Positions 13,420-25,880 of a stretch of DNA of 64,000 bases are shown one piece after another. The position numbers and the translations under genes were made by a program. Within the stretch, counting starts at the first letter, position 1, and every line of letters starts with the position of its first letter. The notes under the pieces are model-generated. The model ran no database searches and had not been told where the DNA came from. It was given only the letters and a program-made list of their open reading frames with translations. Source of the stretch: Cystobasidiomycetes sp. EMM_F5 (lineage: Eukaryota); assembly GCA_051047955.1 (NCBI GenBank), contig JBPGPT010000006.1, positions 186,001-250,000 on the forward strand, given 5' to 3'.

Positions 13420-15719
13420 ATGATGCGTTTCAACGTCGCGCTGGTCGTGATCTGGACCGTCTCGCCATCTTTGGCGTACTGGCGCATGCCCAGTAGTCCC
13501 GTTGTCATTGAAAGACTCGAGTGAGTGCCAGCTCGTCTCAGCTGAGGGTGCCCGAGCATGCATGTCGATACAATGCTGACATCGTTTTGTTGTCTCAGTC
13601 CGATTGTCGCCCCAGGTACGGTTAGGTGGGGCTTGTCGAGAAGCACCGTCACTCACGCGTATGCTCCTTCGACGCTCGTAAACAGGACGAGTTTCTCCCC
13701 ATCTTCATGTCTTCCATGGCGCAAACGCCGTACAGTGAGTTCCGGACATTTTCTCGCGTTTCAGCGAACCGTCCTAATACTCTTGCAACGGCAGAGCTAC
13801 ATACAGCCAAGCTAACCTCGACTCGTCCACCTGCTCAACTGTCCAAGTGCAGAAGGACCTGAGGTGGGGGAAAGAGACTTACTCATACCGTTGATATTTA
13901 CATAAAATTCACATCTCCCAGTTCTTACTGGTACCGTCCTACTTGCAGCGCTTTGCTAGCTGCATTCTGACACAACCACCCGCACCTTAATCTCGTCACA
14001 GGTACCCATCTTTGCACTACCAATGGCCAAACGGCTCGTTTTCCTTTATTGATGGCTGTACGTATCACGATCCTGACAGCCGTACACGTCCTCTTATTAT
14101 TCAATGCCTCGTCAGATGCAAATATATACTATCTACAACGCAATAGAGCAAATGAGACAATCGTGCCATTCCCGAAAGGTCTCCAAATGTTAGCTGGGAA
14201 TCCTAATCGGTCGGTCAATTTACCAAAGCCAGAGCAACACTGCGTCTGATAGCATACCAACCACAGACGCGCCTTCAACGCCGCTAACATTCCGGATACG
14301 GCGGTGTCCTACGTCTGTCTTGATTATGCAGGAGGTCAGTATAGTAGCGCAGTGTTTGACTTTAGGGAATGTGGACTGATATCATGCTTGCTAATCGACC
14401 CCAATACAGGTCACTCGGGTGACCCATCTTGGGATCAACGTCGAGACTTCTTCAGTCACAATTGCCCGAACGGCATGAGGTCGCAAATCATGTTCCCCGC
14501 ATGCTGTGAGCATATTATACGCTCACTTCCGATGCCCACATCTGTTGACTTGAGCATTGGTGACAGGGGATGGTGTGCGCTTGAATAGCACAGACAATAG
14601 CCATGTCTCGTACCCAATGGGTAACAGCGAATTCGGGTACTGTCCTTCTTCGCACCCAAAACGCTTCATTTCGCTCTTCTACGAAGCCGTCTTCAACGTT
14701 CAGAAATTTCCCTACCGCAGCGGCGCGTGGGTCTACTCTTTTGGCGACAATACTGGCAACGGCTTCCATGCCGACTTCATCTCAGGGTGGGACGTCGATC
14801 TCCTGTCGCAGGCTATTGTGCAGTGCAACCTACCGAACGGCGGAACTATCGATGAGTGCGCTCCGCTCAAGGCAGCATCCGATCAAGCCAAGGCGAATGC
14901 TTGTAAGCCCAGTCGACCCGGTAAGTCGATTGAATACTGCTGGTCCGGCGACATCGCTGAAACCCGCTGGCATCTAGTCCTGAACGAAGATTATGGGCTA
15001 GTCAACCCAATCAAAGCCCTGCCAGGCGATAATCCAGTATGGTCCGGTACCGGTCCCAAACCCTCGTGCCAATGCTTCCTTCCATATCCTGCATATATCA
15101 GTCCGAATTCAACACTGTCGCCTGGATATTCGACCGTTGGTGTAAGTATGATACAAAGAGCAGCCATCGAACAGGCCCTGATTAATTTCATCGATGATAG
15201 TGCATCGGTGAAGGAACAAGCGGACGCGCTTTGACCGGCGCATCGTTTGTCAGCACAACCAACATGACAGGAGGAGTGTGCACAACATTCTGTGCAGGCA
15301 AAGGTTTCAAGTAGTAAGTCGGTATCGTTCGAGAAGCGTAGTTCAGTCATTCATTGATCATCATGCCCAACTCCAAATAGTGCTGCGACGGAGTATGCTC
15401 AAGAATGCTACTGGTAAGTTAATCTGACATTGCGGTCCACTGGCCCCATCAAACTGACACACTGCCTTTCAACAGTGGAAACTCGTTTGTCAACGGCGCT
15501 ACTGGTCAGTTGATCGATCCGTCTCAGTGCGGTATAACCTGCAAAGGCAATGGTGAGGAGGCAGTAATTACTGGAGCACTGCTGGGATGCTTTTTTGACT
15601 CGTGCCTGTTTTCAGCCATGGAGAATTGCGGTGGATCCCGTACTCTTACGCTGTACAAGAACAGCAATAACGTCATCTTTAGGCCGAATGCACGCAGCAA
15701 CAGGGCTCGTCTTGTTTAA
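13420..15719 (+). CDS. Secreted DUF1996 + WSC domain protein, copy 1
   Basis: Signal peptide, ERLDPIVAPG, PFPKGLQMLAGNP, CPNGMRSQIMFPAC-WDG, SHVSYP, CPSSHPKRFISLFYE and GNGFHADFISGWD (DUF1996). C-terminal C..EG..GRAL..MT...C..FC..KGF..EY..EC.CG..C...C.GN..ENCGG (WSC). Confidence 0.9.
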
Positions 15720-16216
15720 TGTGCTTATGGGGTCACTGGCAGCTTCGATAATTTTCAGCTCGCAGATCTCATGGGCTCTGTGAATTGGCTAGGGCAGCGT
15801 CGCAGCGAGCTGTTCTTTCAGTCACTCAATGGCAGTCCTATTAAACACTTTCCTTTATTATAAGCAATCGCTCATTTCAAGTCCCACCAATCAACGGGCT
15901 GCCTTGTAATTTAGCCAGCTGCTTCGACGTCTCTTCGTTGCTACCGCATAATTAGTTGCTCGGCCACTAACAACAACAGGCATCTCGAAGCTTTCAAGTT
16001 ATGTCCGTCTTGCTCGTCGTCTCCATGTGCTTGACGACGACCAACGTTCCACAACTGTAAAATCATGAGCATGGGCGCCTTGACGACGAAATATTTGTGG
16101 TAATGTGTTTGAAGTTCTGCTTTGCCCTTTCCATTCCATTCAAGGTCTGCATCCTGTCCGTGTCTGTCCGCTTTTCGCAGTATTCTCACCGTCTTTTTCA
16201 ACACATGCTTTGAATC

Positions 16217-18394
16217 ATGCACTCTGCGCTGATTGTCGCGCTGGCCGTGACAGTGGCTGTCAGACCTTCTGCTGCCTTCTGGCGCATGGGCAGTAGTCCC
16301 GTTGTCATTGAGCGGCTCGAGTGAGGGTCATTTTGGCTTAGTCAGTTGCTGATACGCTGACAAACGACACATGTTTCAGTCCCATCGTCTTCCCCGGTGC
16401 GCCACATCGACCTTCACAACGTCGATACCGCTGCAGGGTCTGATGAGTGTATGCTTTTACAGGCAAGATTTCTCCCCATCTCCACGTGTTTCACGGCGCA
16501 AACGCTGTGCAGTGCGTTCATTGACTGTCCTATCTGTCCGGCAAGGTTCACTAATTTCTCCGCAGCGCAGGGCGTCATATAATCAGGCTAATCAAGACTC
16601 GTCCACATGCACGACAGTGGATCCGCAAGGAGACCTGAGGTACTTGCGACAAACTCATGCAGACATCCATCGGCTGACAATTCCTGCTTCCAGTTCCTAC
16701 TGGTACGTAAACTGCTCAGTGGATGTTATCCAGCCGAATTGACATGGACTCGGACATGACAGGTACCCCGCGCTGTATTATCAATGGCCGAATGGCTCGT
16801 TCTCCCACATCGATGGCTGTAGGTCATCATTCAATGCAAATGGCCAACTTCTCTGAAATCGTCGCGCTGTCACAGATGCAAACATATACTACTTGCCACG
16901 CAACAAACCAAACGAGACCATCATACCGTTCCCGAAAGGTCTGCAAATGCTTGCTGGCAGTCCCCTCAGACGCACATACAACGCATCCAACGTAAATGAC
17001 GCGGCAGTCTCCTACGTGTGTCTCGATTATGCAGGCAGTACGTACACAGCGCTGCAAAGGCCTGCCCTTTCTTGCTAAAATTTTTGCATTCTGGCTGTAT
17101 GGCAGACCATGATGGAGACGCTGCGTGGAAAGAACGTCACGACTTCTTTAGTCACAACTGCCCGAATGGGATGCGTTCGCAGGTCATGTTTCCAGCTTGC
17201 TGTGAGGAATCTTCCGATTGTTGGCTCGCAGTGTTACGTAGTTAAAACCAGGTCAAACCAGGGGATGGTATCCGATTAAATACTACGGACAATAGCCACG
17301 TAGCGTATCCAATCGGCAATCATGAAAATGGCTTCTGCCCAAGAACTCACCCAAAACGCTTCATGACACTTTTCTACGAAGCCGTCTTCAACGTTCAAAA
17401 GTTTCCATATCGTGCTGGAGGATGGGTCTTTTCGTTCGGGGATAGCACTGGCAATGGGTTCCACGGCGACTTCATTTCTGGTTGGGATATCAACTTACTC
17501 TCACAGGCTATCAAGCAGTGCAACGTGGACAATGGTGGTACGATTGATGAATGTGCTCCGCTGAAGGCAAATGCCAACAAGGCAAAAGCCCAAGCGTGCA
17601 AGCCTAGCAAACCAGGTAACGATCTCATGCTCCCCGCATCGGAATGTACTGATTCCATCATATGTAATTTCTGCAGTGCTCAAAGAAGACTATGGTGCAA
17701 TCAAGTCCATCACTGCCATGCCAGGAGACAATCCAGTTTGGGTTGGCACAGGTCCCAAGCCTTCGTGCAATTGCGTGCGCCCGGAACCAACATATGTCAA
17801 TCCGAACTCGACCCTTGCAGCCGGATTCAAGACAGTCGGAGTAAGCGAAGTCACGGAACTTTGCTTGAAGGTCGGACTCATGTTGCGATGTCTGCAGTGC
17901 ATCTCGGAGCCGAATTCTGGCCGAGCTCTGACTGGAGCTTCTTATGTCAATACAACAGCCATGACTGGAGGATTGTGCAGTACATACTGCTCTAGCAAAG
18001 GCTTCAAGTAGTGCGTTCAAGACTTGTGCTTTGACGTCATGCATGCAATCTGACTTGTTACGAAGTGCCGCAACGGAGTTCGCTCAAGAATGCTACTGGT
18101 ACGTACGGAGCATATACATACAATTTCCTCACTAGCTTATCACATTTCTGTCACAGCGGTAATTCCTTTGCCAACGGAGCCACCGGAGCTACTATCGACC
18201 CAACGCTCTGCAGTGCTGTCTGCAAAGGTAACGGTAGGCTGGGTCGCATTCTTCAAGCGTATTACGGATACAGGCTGATATGATTGCCCGCAGCTATGGA
18301 GAACTGCGGCGGAGCGCGCACTCTCACTCTTTACAAGAATAACCTGGTCGCAAAGCGGCATAGCGATCGCGCACGTCTGGCTGCCACTCATTGA
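16217..18394 (+). CDS. Secreted DUF1996 + WSC domain protein, copy 2
   Basis: Same motifs and matching intron positions as copy 1, e.g. FYEAVFNVQKFPYR, GNGFHGDFISGWD, ENCGGARTLTLYKN. Confidence 0.9.
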
Positions 18395-18941
18395 TACTGC
18401 TTCCTCGCAGCAACCAGTTTCCTTGCTTCCTTCTTCCGGGTAGTTTGTAGTGATTTCAGGAAGTAAGCCTCGGCATTTGGCCTGGAATTTCAAGGACACT
18501 CAGGTAGTCGTTCACGTTCCTTTTGTATACACTGCGGTTTCCCGCTTCTTCGCTCGTCTGGTATGACGAATAGGGTTTTCTTCGTTGTTAGGAGACTGCC
18601 ATGCACACAAAGTAAATCTGAGGTTCAGGCTTTCACGATCAAAATCCGTCAGCTTCGCCGCAAACCGATACCTTGGACTATCTCGACGGCATCAATGCTT
18701 TATGATAACGTCTCTTGCAGTCCACCGTCTGTTAAGTTATTCGGCAGCCACCATGTGAACGAGCTATGGTCGCTTGGGCCGTTGAGAGTGTCCAAGACCT
18801 CTTGCTGTACGCCGCCATCTAATTCCTGACGACTAACATACAGTATTCCGGAAACCACACTCCTTGCACTCAGCTCATTTGCTCACAACTCCCACACTCG
18901 TTTACACGTTCACATCCCCTCGCTTAGGCACCCAATTCAAG

Positions 18942-19805
18942 ATGCGCGTCCTTGGTAGCCTGCTGCTCGCAAGCACCCTCCTGCTGTTCTCTGTGTCGGC
19001 AGCTCAAGACGCCAATCCTCAGCCACGTATGCTGCGATATGCAAACCACGAAATACGACAGGCGACCAGAGCAACAGTGCTCGAAAATAAACTTCGCCGG
19101 GACGAGGACGAAGATGCTCGAATGTCCCGCAGACAGGAGAGCAGATTGTATCCGCGTCAAAGCTCTTGCATGTGCCCTCCGGGTGCCCAAGGCCCTCCAG
19201 GACCGCAAGGTCCGGACGGTATACCTGGTCCCCAAGGCCAGCAAGGACTTCAGGTACGGCCATGAGCTGTAGCAGCCACAAGTCGCTTCAAACTGATTGT
19301 CTGTGGTATCATCAGGGTCCAGCTGGACCACCAAGTGACCCGTGCTAACAGCGACGAAAAGGAAATTGAACGGCGCGATATTCTTCAAAAACGCGGTATT
19401 GATCCTTACATCGGCGAAATGATCCTCGTTGCGTTCGGATTCTGTCCCCAGGGCTACGCAGAAGCCAAAGGCCAGACTCTAACGATAACGTCTAATGTGG
19501 CCTTATGTGGGTGCCTGTCATCGGAAACTACTGTAAGATCTTGACAGCTGACGAGTCGCAATGCCTCTCCTTCTATACCACACTCAGTCTCGCTACTCGG
19601 TACAAATTATGGCGGCGACGGTAGATCCACTTTTAACTTGCCCGACATGAGACCCTGTACTCCCAATCCTGAAGGAGGTTGCGTTATGCGGTAAGCAGAC
19701 ATCACTGCGCTCGCCCTCAAAAACCTTCATAGGCGTGTTCCTGACATACTTTATCAATGCAGATACTGCATCGCTACAATCGGAATCTACCCTGTTCGGC
19801 CTTGA
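18942..19805 (+). CDS. Secreted collagen-like repeat + phage tail-collar (MdpB-like) domain protein; frame break or alternative acceptor at the junction
   Basis: Signal peptide MRVLGSLLLASTLLLFSVSA; (G-X-Y)8-10. Spliced collar domain: DPYIGEMILVAFGFCPQGYAEAKGQTLTITSNVALF|SLLGTNYGGDGRSTFNLPDMRP..VMR|YCIATIGIYPVRP*. Introns 19254-19315 (or 19322), 19507-19587 and 19691-19762. Confidence 0.8.
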
Positions 19806-20121
19806 GTAGCTTTCTCTTTGTTCGAGAAAGCAAGCATGCATTTACATAATGGTTTTATGCGGTAGACGGAGTGGACAATGCTTGGGAGCAGTATTGGGAG
19901 TTGATCGCGTTTGTTGCGCTTTGAACGTGGTGATCGAATTATTCGCAGTATACGGTCGATATATCTGCAGTATGCGCTATTCGATTGTTCACTTCATCAA
20001 TCAAGTAAGGGAATGTAATCCGTCTTGCTTGAGAATGAAAAGTGGTGTTGTCCGTTGAGAGCTCAGAAAGTATAATTCAGCTCTTTGGCAGATAAGCAAG
20101 TCACTGATGCAGCTTGATTGC

Positions 20122-21643
20122 TTATGCCTGATTGGTGTGGCTGGGTAAAATGAAGGCCATGGGGACTACCCATCTCCAAATTTCCCATTGCGACACGGGC
20201 GGAACGAAATCCGCTAAGCCACGTCCGACCCTGCACACCGCGAGACAGAATCACACAATCAGCTTCCGCGTCTTGCATGGGGGTAAGAGCGTGTTGACGA
20301 AAGCTACGCGACTGACATTGTTTCGGCGAACGGTTTCGCAGTGACGAGTAGCCAACTGAATGTCCACAGCCAACCTAGCTTGCCGCCAACGTGCTGCTTT
20401 GACAATTTTGCAAACAGTTTCTCTAAGCCAAGACCGACGCTTTGAACGATGAAGAAGCGAAACATTGTAAAGAACGGATCCCGAGGCAGCCAGGGTGATG
20501 CTTCGTTTACTGTTCCTTTGCTGATCAGCACTTCAACAGCGGTTAGAAATCATAGCGAAGACGTACGAGCTTCATGCAAGATTCCGCTCATTGCAAACAC
20601 TCCTACCGGTCCTAGAGTTGACGAAACACCTTTTCCCAAGCCCAGTGCGTTACAACTATGTATGATGGGCACAGCTCCGCAGAATGAGAAGGGTCGAGAA
20701 AAGAGGCCATGCCATCGTTTCGCCCAGAATTCGTGCAGTGACACAGAAAAGACTGGAGCGTCCATCAAAGGAGGCCACGCCCTTCTCTCGAATGTGGTTG
20801 GTGCTATCGATCGCGGCAGGATGGTGCGCAAGAGGGAGGTGAAGAGGTATACCGCGAGAGAGAGTACACTGTACCCCAGTTCCAGTGAAGCGAATATCAG
20901 CGAGCCGAATGCGCACATGAATATCGTACGCCCCAAGTATGAAAGTATGGTGCGGTGGAGGGTGGAAAGATCGTGGTGGAGTGCAGACCCGCCTGGTAAG
21001 AGTAGTCCTGCGCCATAGCCCTGGCGACCAGCAGTGAGCAAAGCGAAACTCGTAACGCTTATCACCTGGTACCGCGCGACTTGTGGTATGATATGCGACA
21101 AGAAGGCAGCGCTATCGGGGCACGGCGTGGCAATACGATTGCCGGGTAAGCCCCAATCCCATCCGATGCCTCTTCTGCCTCAAAGGAGAGTATTAATCGT
21201 TTTCGGCGCATAAATAATGGAAGAAGCTAGTCTCTTACGCACAGACTGCACAGGTTGGCCCAGCCGTAATTGATGGAGCCGAGCATACCGTGGGAATGTC
21301 TTTGCACGGTCTTGATTGCGTCTTGATTGTTCTTTCCGTGCACTGCATACGCTGCATCGTATCCGATCCAAGAATGCCCACGCTTCGCAGATGCAAAGTC
21401 TATCGATCTCATGACTACCCAAGGTCTGACCAATCGAATGATGATGTTTGGCACGATGAAGTCTCTGGCTGGGAGACAGTAGGTGTCTGACGCTGTGAGG
21501 ATTGCGTATACGCAAAGAGGCAGGATCGCGAGTCGCAGCAGACGAATGGACGAGGAGGCAGCAGCAGAGTGGATGGCAAGACTAGACTGGAGGAGAAGCG
21601 TTAGTGGAGGGACGATGAAGAGCCAGATTGAAGGGTATGCCAT
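20122..21643 (-). CDS. Membrane-bound O-acyltransferase (MBOAT_2 / wax-synthase / TRI7-like)
   Basis: RGIGWDWG; WPPLMDAPVFSVSLHEFWAKRWHGLF; VFAMSGILHE; FFIVQSVGLGLEK; LGWLWT. Confidence 0.88.
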
Positions 21644-21670
21644 TTGATGAGGCTGGCACTCGGCAAGGAA

Positions 21671-21692
21671 AGTGAGCAGTGAGCAGTGAGCA
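21671..21692. repeat. Short tandem repeat (GTGAGCA)x3
   Basis: gtgagcagtgagcagtgagcag, just upstream of the MBOAT start. Confidence 0.7.
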
Positions 21693-22441
21693 GCGAGGCG
21701 TCAGTATCAGTGTAGCCCGAGCATGCCTAACTGTGTGTCGTACAGTATGCCAACCTCGTCGTCATGCTCGACGTGCAAGTTGGCTGAAGACTTGGCACGT
21801 GACCTGTTAAGCCTCGGTTATTTTCACACTGTCGTGGACTATGCGCAGACAAGACATATGTGCATGGAAAGCTCCAATGTACGCGTAGAATAAGCTGCAT
21901 TTACTTGTCCGTTGTGCGCGTTGTGGTCTGTTTACATTTACAGAGGTATGCACTTTACTCGACAGGAGGCCGCATGCCAAGCTCGTTTGAGCGTATCGGT
22001 GCAGGCCTGTTTGCCCTTAGAACCACCCATCACCCACCCACGCTCACTTCAGCAAATACAACCCACACACACACTAGCTGCGTCTCTGACAGCACTCGCT
22101 CGCCTCCTTCGCTGGTCGAACCCGTGACAACCACTTTCTTGTTATAACCACATTCTCTTTCGCTGTGGGTGTGTACTCCTACTCGGCATCCGAATTGAAG
22201 ACTGACTCTGTTTGTGTCCCCCGTGTCCCCGTCCCCATGCGCGCTTTTGTCCAACGACGTCTCGCTCTTGTTGTGTCCATCTACGCCACTATTCACATAA
22301 CTTGGCATGCCGACGCTACTTTGTGGACTGTCAACTGGCTCACCTGCTTGCGCACAACATAGTCTCAAGAAAACATTCAGCCTCGTCACGTTCGTTCATT
22401 CTATTTCTCTCTTTCCCAAATTCTCTCAAGACTGTCCCGCA

Positions 22442-23761
22442 ATGGTCAAGTTCACCACTTTCGCATACTCGGCTCTGGCAGCCTTTACTGCGTCGCAGAC
22501 GGCAGCTCATCCGGCAGCCGATATCGGCCTCAATGGTCTCGTTCCGCACGATCATCGCGGAGGGCACAAGCTCATGCGACGAGGCGACACAAAGTGCCCT
22601 CAACGCAGAAGCAACAACCCTTCCATTACGCTTGTTGACAGCAACAACAATAGCAATGCTGACGATGGAAGCAGCGGTGTTCAAGTAGTGCGACAGCCGC
22701 TCTTTACAGCCAAAGCTGCCTTCAACGCAAATAGTTCGCCTGCCCTTACTAGTAGCTCTGTCATTCCGCCCAAGAAGCATCATCACCACTATACATCATC
22801 GAGCGTCAGCGAGGCAAAAGTAGCAGCCCCTACTTCTTCCGCTCAACCTGCCAAAAGTTCCGCTTCAGCATCATCCTCAAGTTCTTCTGCAGCACCCGCT
22901 CAATCACCCAGCAGCGACACTATCTCGTCCATTATCTCTGGTGCAGGTCTATTTGGCTTCTCGACACCACAATGCGGTCTTTCTGGCGCAACAAGTTCCA
23001 TCACAAAGACGACTGGACCCAACGGAGCGATGGACTTCTTGAACTGCGGACTGTATAGCAGCGGAGGATGGACGCCTCCGATGGTCACCATTGACCAGAT
23101 TAGCGCACAGAGCCTCGATGAAGCCATAGCTGAGGACGGTTCGCCATTCAAGGCTTGCAAACCCTATGTCTCGCTTTTCGACAAGTATGCGGCGCAGAAT
23201 GGCCTGCCACCTATTCTTGTTGCGTCTATTGCGATGCAGGAATCTTCGTGCAATGCAGGCAGTGAGTGGAATGTAACACAGGAATGTGTCACTTTACTGA
23301 TGATTACTTTTGAAAAGCAATGGGCGATAACGGTGGCGCATACGGCTTGATGCAGATTACGCAAGATAAATGCACATCTGGTATCAATTGCGCTGATCCA
23401 GATTACAACATCAAGACTGGAGTCAAGGTCAGTATCTGCCAAGGCACTGCTGAAACTTGCGGTGACACGGTACCTTGTATTGCAGTACCTCAAATCCCGC
23501 CTTGATGCAAACAATGGCAACATTCTGCTAGCATTGGGCGAATACAATGTAAGAGCATTAACATGTATTTTGTTCGTGGAGATCATACTGATAATTCTTG
23601 CACAGGGATGGTACAAAGGCTTGACTGTCCCCAAAGCGACGGCCATCAAGTCCCAATGCTGTGAATGCCAAAATAACCTCAACTATCTACACCAGATGCT
23701 CAATGGCTGGCTCCAAAACACAGAAGGCTACAAGCTCGGTGACTGGGTCATGGGCTGCTAG
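22442..23761 (+). CDS. Secreted lysozyme-like / transglycosylase SLT (GH23-like) protein with a Ser-rich linker
   Basis: Signal peptide, S/A-rich linker, GPNGAMDFLNCG, LPPILVASIAMQESSCN, GGAYGLMQITQDKC, YNIKTGVKYL, GNILLALGEYN-GW. Confidence 0.88.
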
Positions 23762-24168
23762 ATGCAGTCTCGCCTCGCGCTGTTAACAGGCTACCCCAGT
23801 CGACAACGTACCATTATGCGATGCACAATGCAGCAATCCCTTGAGCTCTCGATGAGCCTCGTCCTTTCGTTTTCCTTCACGTCTAAATGACCGCCAGTAT
23901 AAATTGCACCCGTTCCCCGCTTTTTGTGCATAGGCTACTTCTGTCTCCTTGAAAAACTCACATCGTTGTCATTATCTTCAGCAAGACTTGAGCAGGTGCA
24001 AAAGATTAATTTTCTGGCTTAGCTTGTTCGCATTTGCCTCACGTTACCAAACGCATTTAGCCGATGCGCTAAGCGACAGGCACCCCGAGCGAGCTCATCG
24101 TTGACTCTACCTCATACGACGTCAATGGGCGCTTCTTGGCTGCTGTCCTTCGTACACATGCACCAAAG

Positions 24169-25880
24169 ATGGCTACCTTCAGCTTGAGCGACGAGTCGCA
24201 ATACTTTGATGAAGACCTCAGACCTGCTCTCGACACCGAGCGTACAACGCCTATCGGAGGCAGCGCCTTCCAATTCATCGACGACCAGGATATTGAGCCG
24301 AGCCTGCTGCCGCTGACGCTTCCCTCTGGATGCTGGACGCTGCTGAGTGCTGTCGAAGCATGCGATAATGCGACATTGCCGAGAGGTCCCTTCAATTCGA
24401 CGATGCAACACTTCATATCTTGCAAGAAAGGATCGTGTAGCTCCAGGGTGTACAAGTCCCAATCTGAAGAAGGCGGAAGCGGTGATGACGAGCAGGATCA
24501 AGAAGAACTGGTGCCGCTGTTTGTCAGCCAGAACGATACACAACCAATTGGCTTCTTGAGACCGCAAGTAACACAAGCTCTACAGCAGGACAACAAGGAC
24601 GCAGTCGAAAAGCTCAAACTACGGGCATGCTGGATGATGATGATGCGGCCAAATCAAGGCCAAAGCGGGGCAGGCGATAAATCTCAAGGCGCTAGTGATG
24701 ACAAGCAGACCAGCCAAGAGCATGGAAAGTCAGTATGGGCAGTTGCTTTCGAGGACTGGGTGGTCGAAGAGGGAAAAGAGGCAATGTCCGAGCATATGGA
24801 TAGACTCTGCAGAAACTGGAAACACCAGAACTTATTCTCTGATCAGCTCGGCGGTACGTCCGTGTGCGCTTGACCCGCTGCTTGATGGAAGTGTTCTGAA
24901 AGTCGTCATTTGACCAGGCTGGAGAGACGAATTATATTGCGTGTACGGTCCGAAATTTTCGCAGGACGATGCGAGATATACACCTCTGCCAGGCGCGAAT
25001 GTAGCGTGTGACATTGAACGTGCAGCCGCGTCTCTCTTCGGTATAGCGACATTCGGTGCTCACATGAACGCCTATGTACGATACCCTGACAATAAGTACT
25101 ACATATGGATCCCCAGAAGAAGCAAAACGAAACAGACGTACATTTGACTGCACTGGAAGAGAGCTCAGAGGCTGACGGTCGTCTGCGTCTCAGCTGGCCA
25201 GGGCTTCTTGATAACTCAGTCGCTGGTGGTATCACGAGTGGTGACACCCCTCTCGAGACCGTCATCAGAGAATGTGGTAAGCTAGTCTCTCGTTTTTGCT
25301 TCAGGAGTCGCATCTAAGAGTGTTGGCCGGCTAGCCGAGGAAGCATCTCTACCTCCGGACTTTGTCCGACGCAACATTCGGGCAGGGGGCATAGTCAGCT
25401 ATATATTCCGCGGTGTCAACAAATGGCTCCAACCTGAGATTCAGTACGTCTACGATCTCGAGATGCCGAAGCCTCCGGGACATACGAGTTCTTCAGAAGA
25501 GGTTACCCGTCTTCCGCAAGACGGTAATCCAATTCAGACAGGCTTACTCAACAACGTGGAGAAAGCAACTAAAACGCCGCAGCTTAACGAGCGTGGAGAA
25601 CCGAATATTCTGATTCCGAATGATGGTGAAGCGGAAGAGTTTGCCTTGATGAGTGCCACCGACGTTGTCCAGCACATCGTCAACGGCGAGTTCAAACCAA
25701 ACTGCGCTCTAGTGCTTATAGACTTCTTCATAAGGTGGGTTGCAGGTGCCGATCATACGGGCGAGGCTTATGTTGGAGACATCTAGACATGGCCTGTTGA
25801 CGGCAGAGAGCGATGCAAAGTTTCTGGAAATCTGTGCAAGACTACATCGCAGCATCGAGCCACTTTCTGGTCCAGCATAG
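24169..25880 (+). CDS. Nudix hydrolase, YJR142W / thiamine-pyrophosphokinase-related type
   Basis: [58 protein letters not shown] (Nudix box), LQPEIQYVYDL, PNDGEAEEF, FKPNCALVLIDFFIRHG. Confidence 0.9.

Noticed and set aside
18942..19805. Prophage or bacterial contamination as the source of the tail-collar domain
   Set aside because: Spliceosomal introns interrupt the domain, it has a eukaryotic-style precursor layout, and no other phage genes are nearby.
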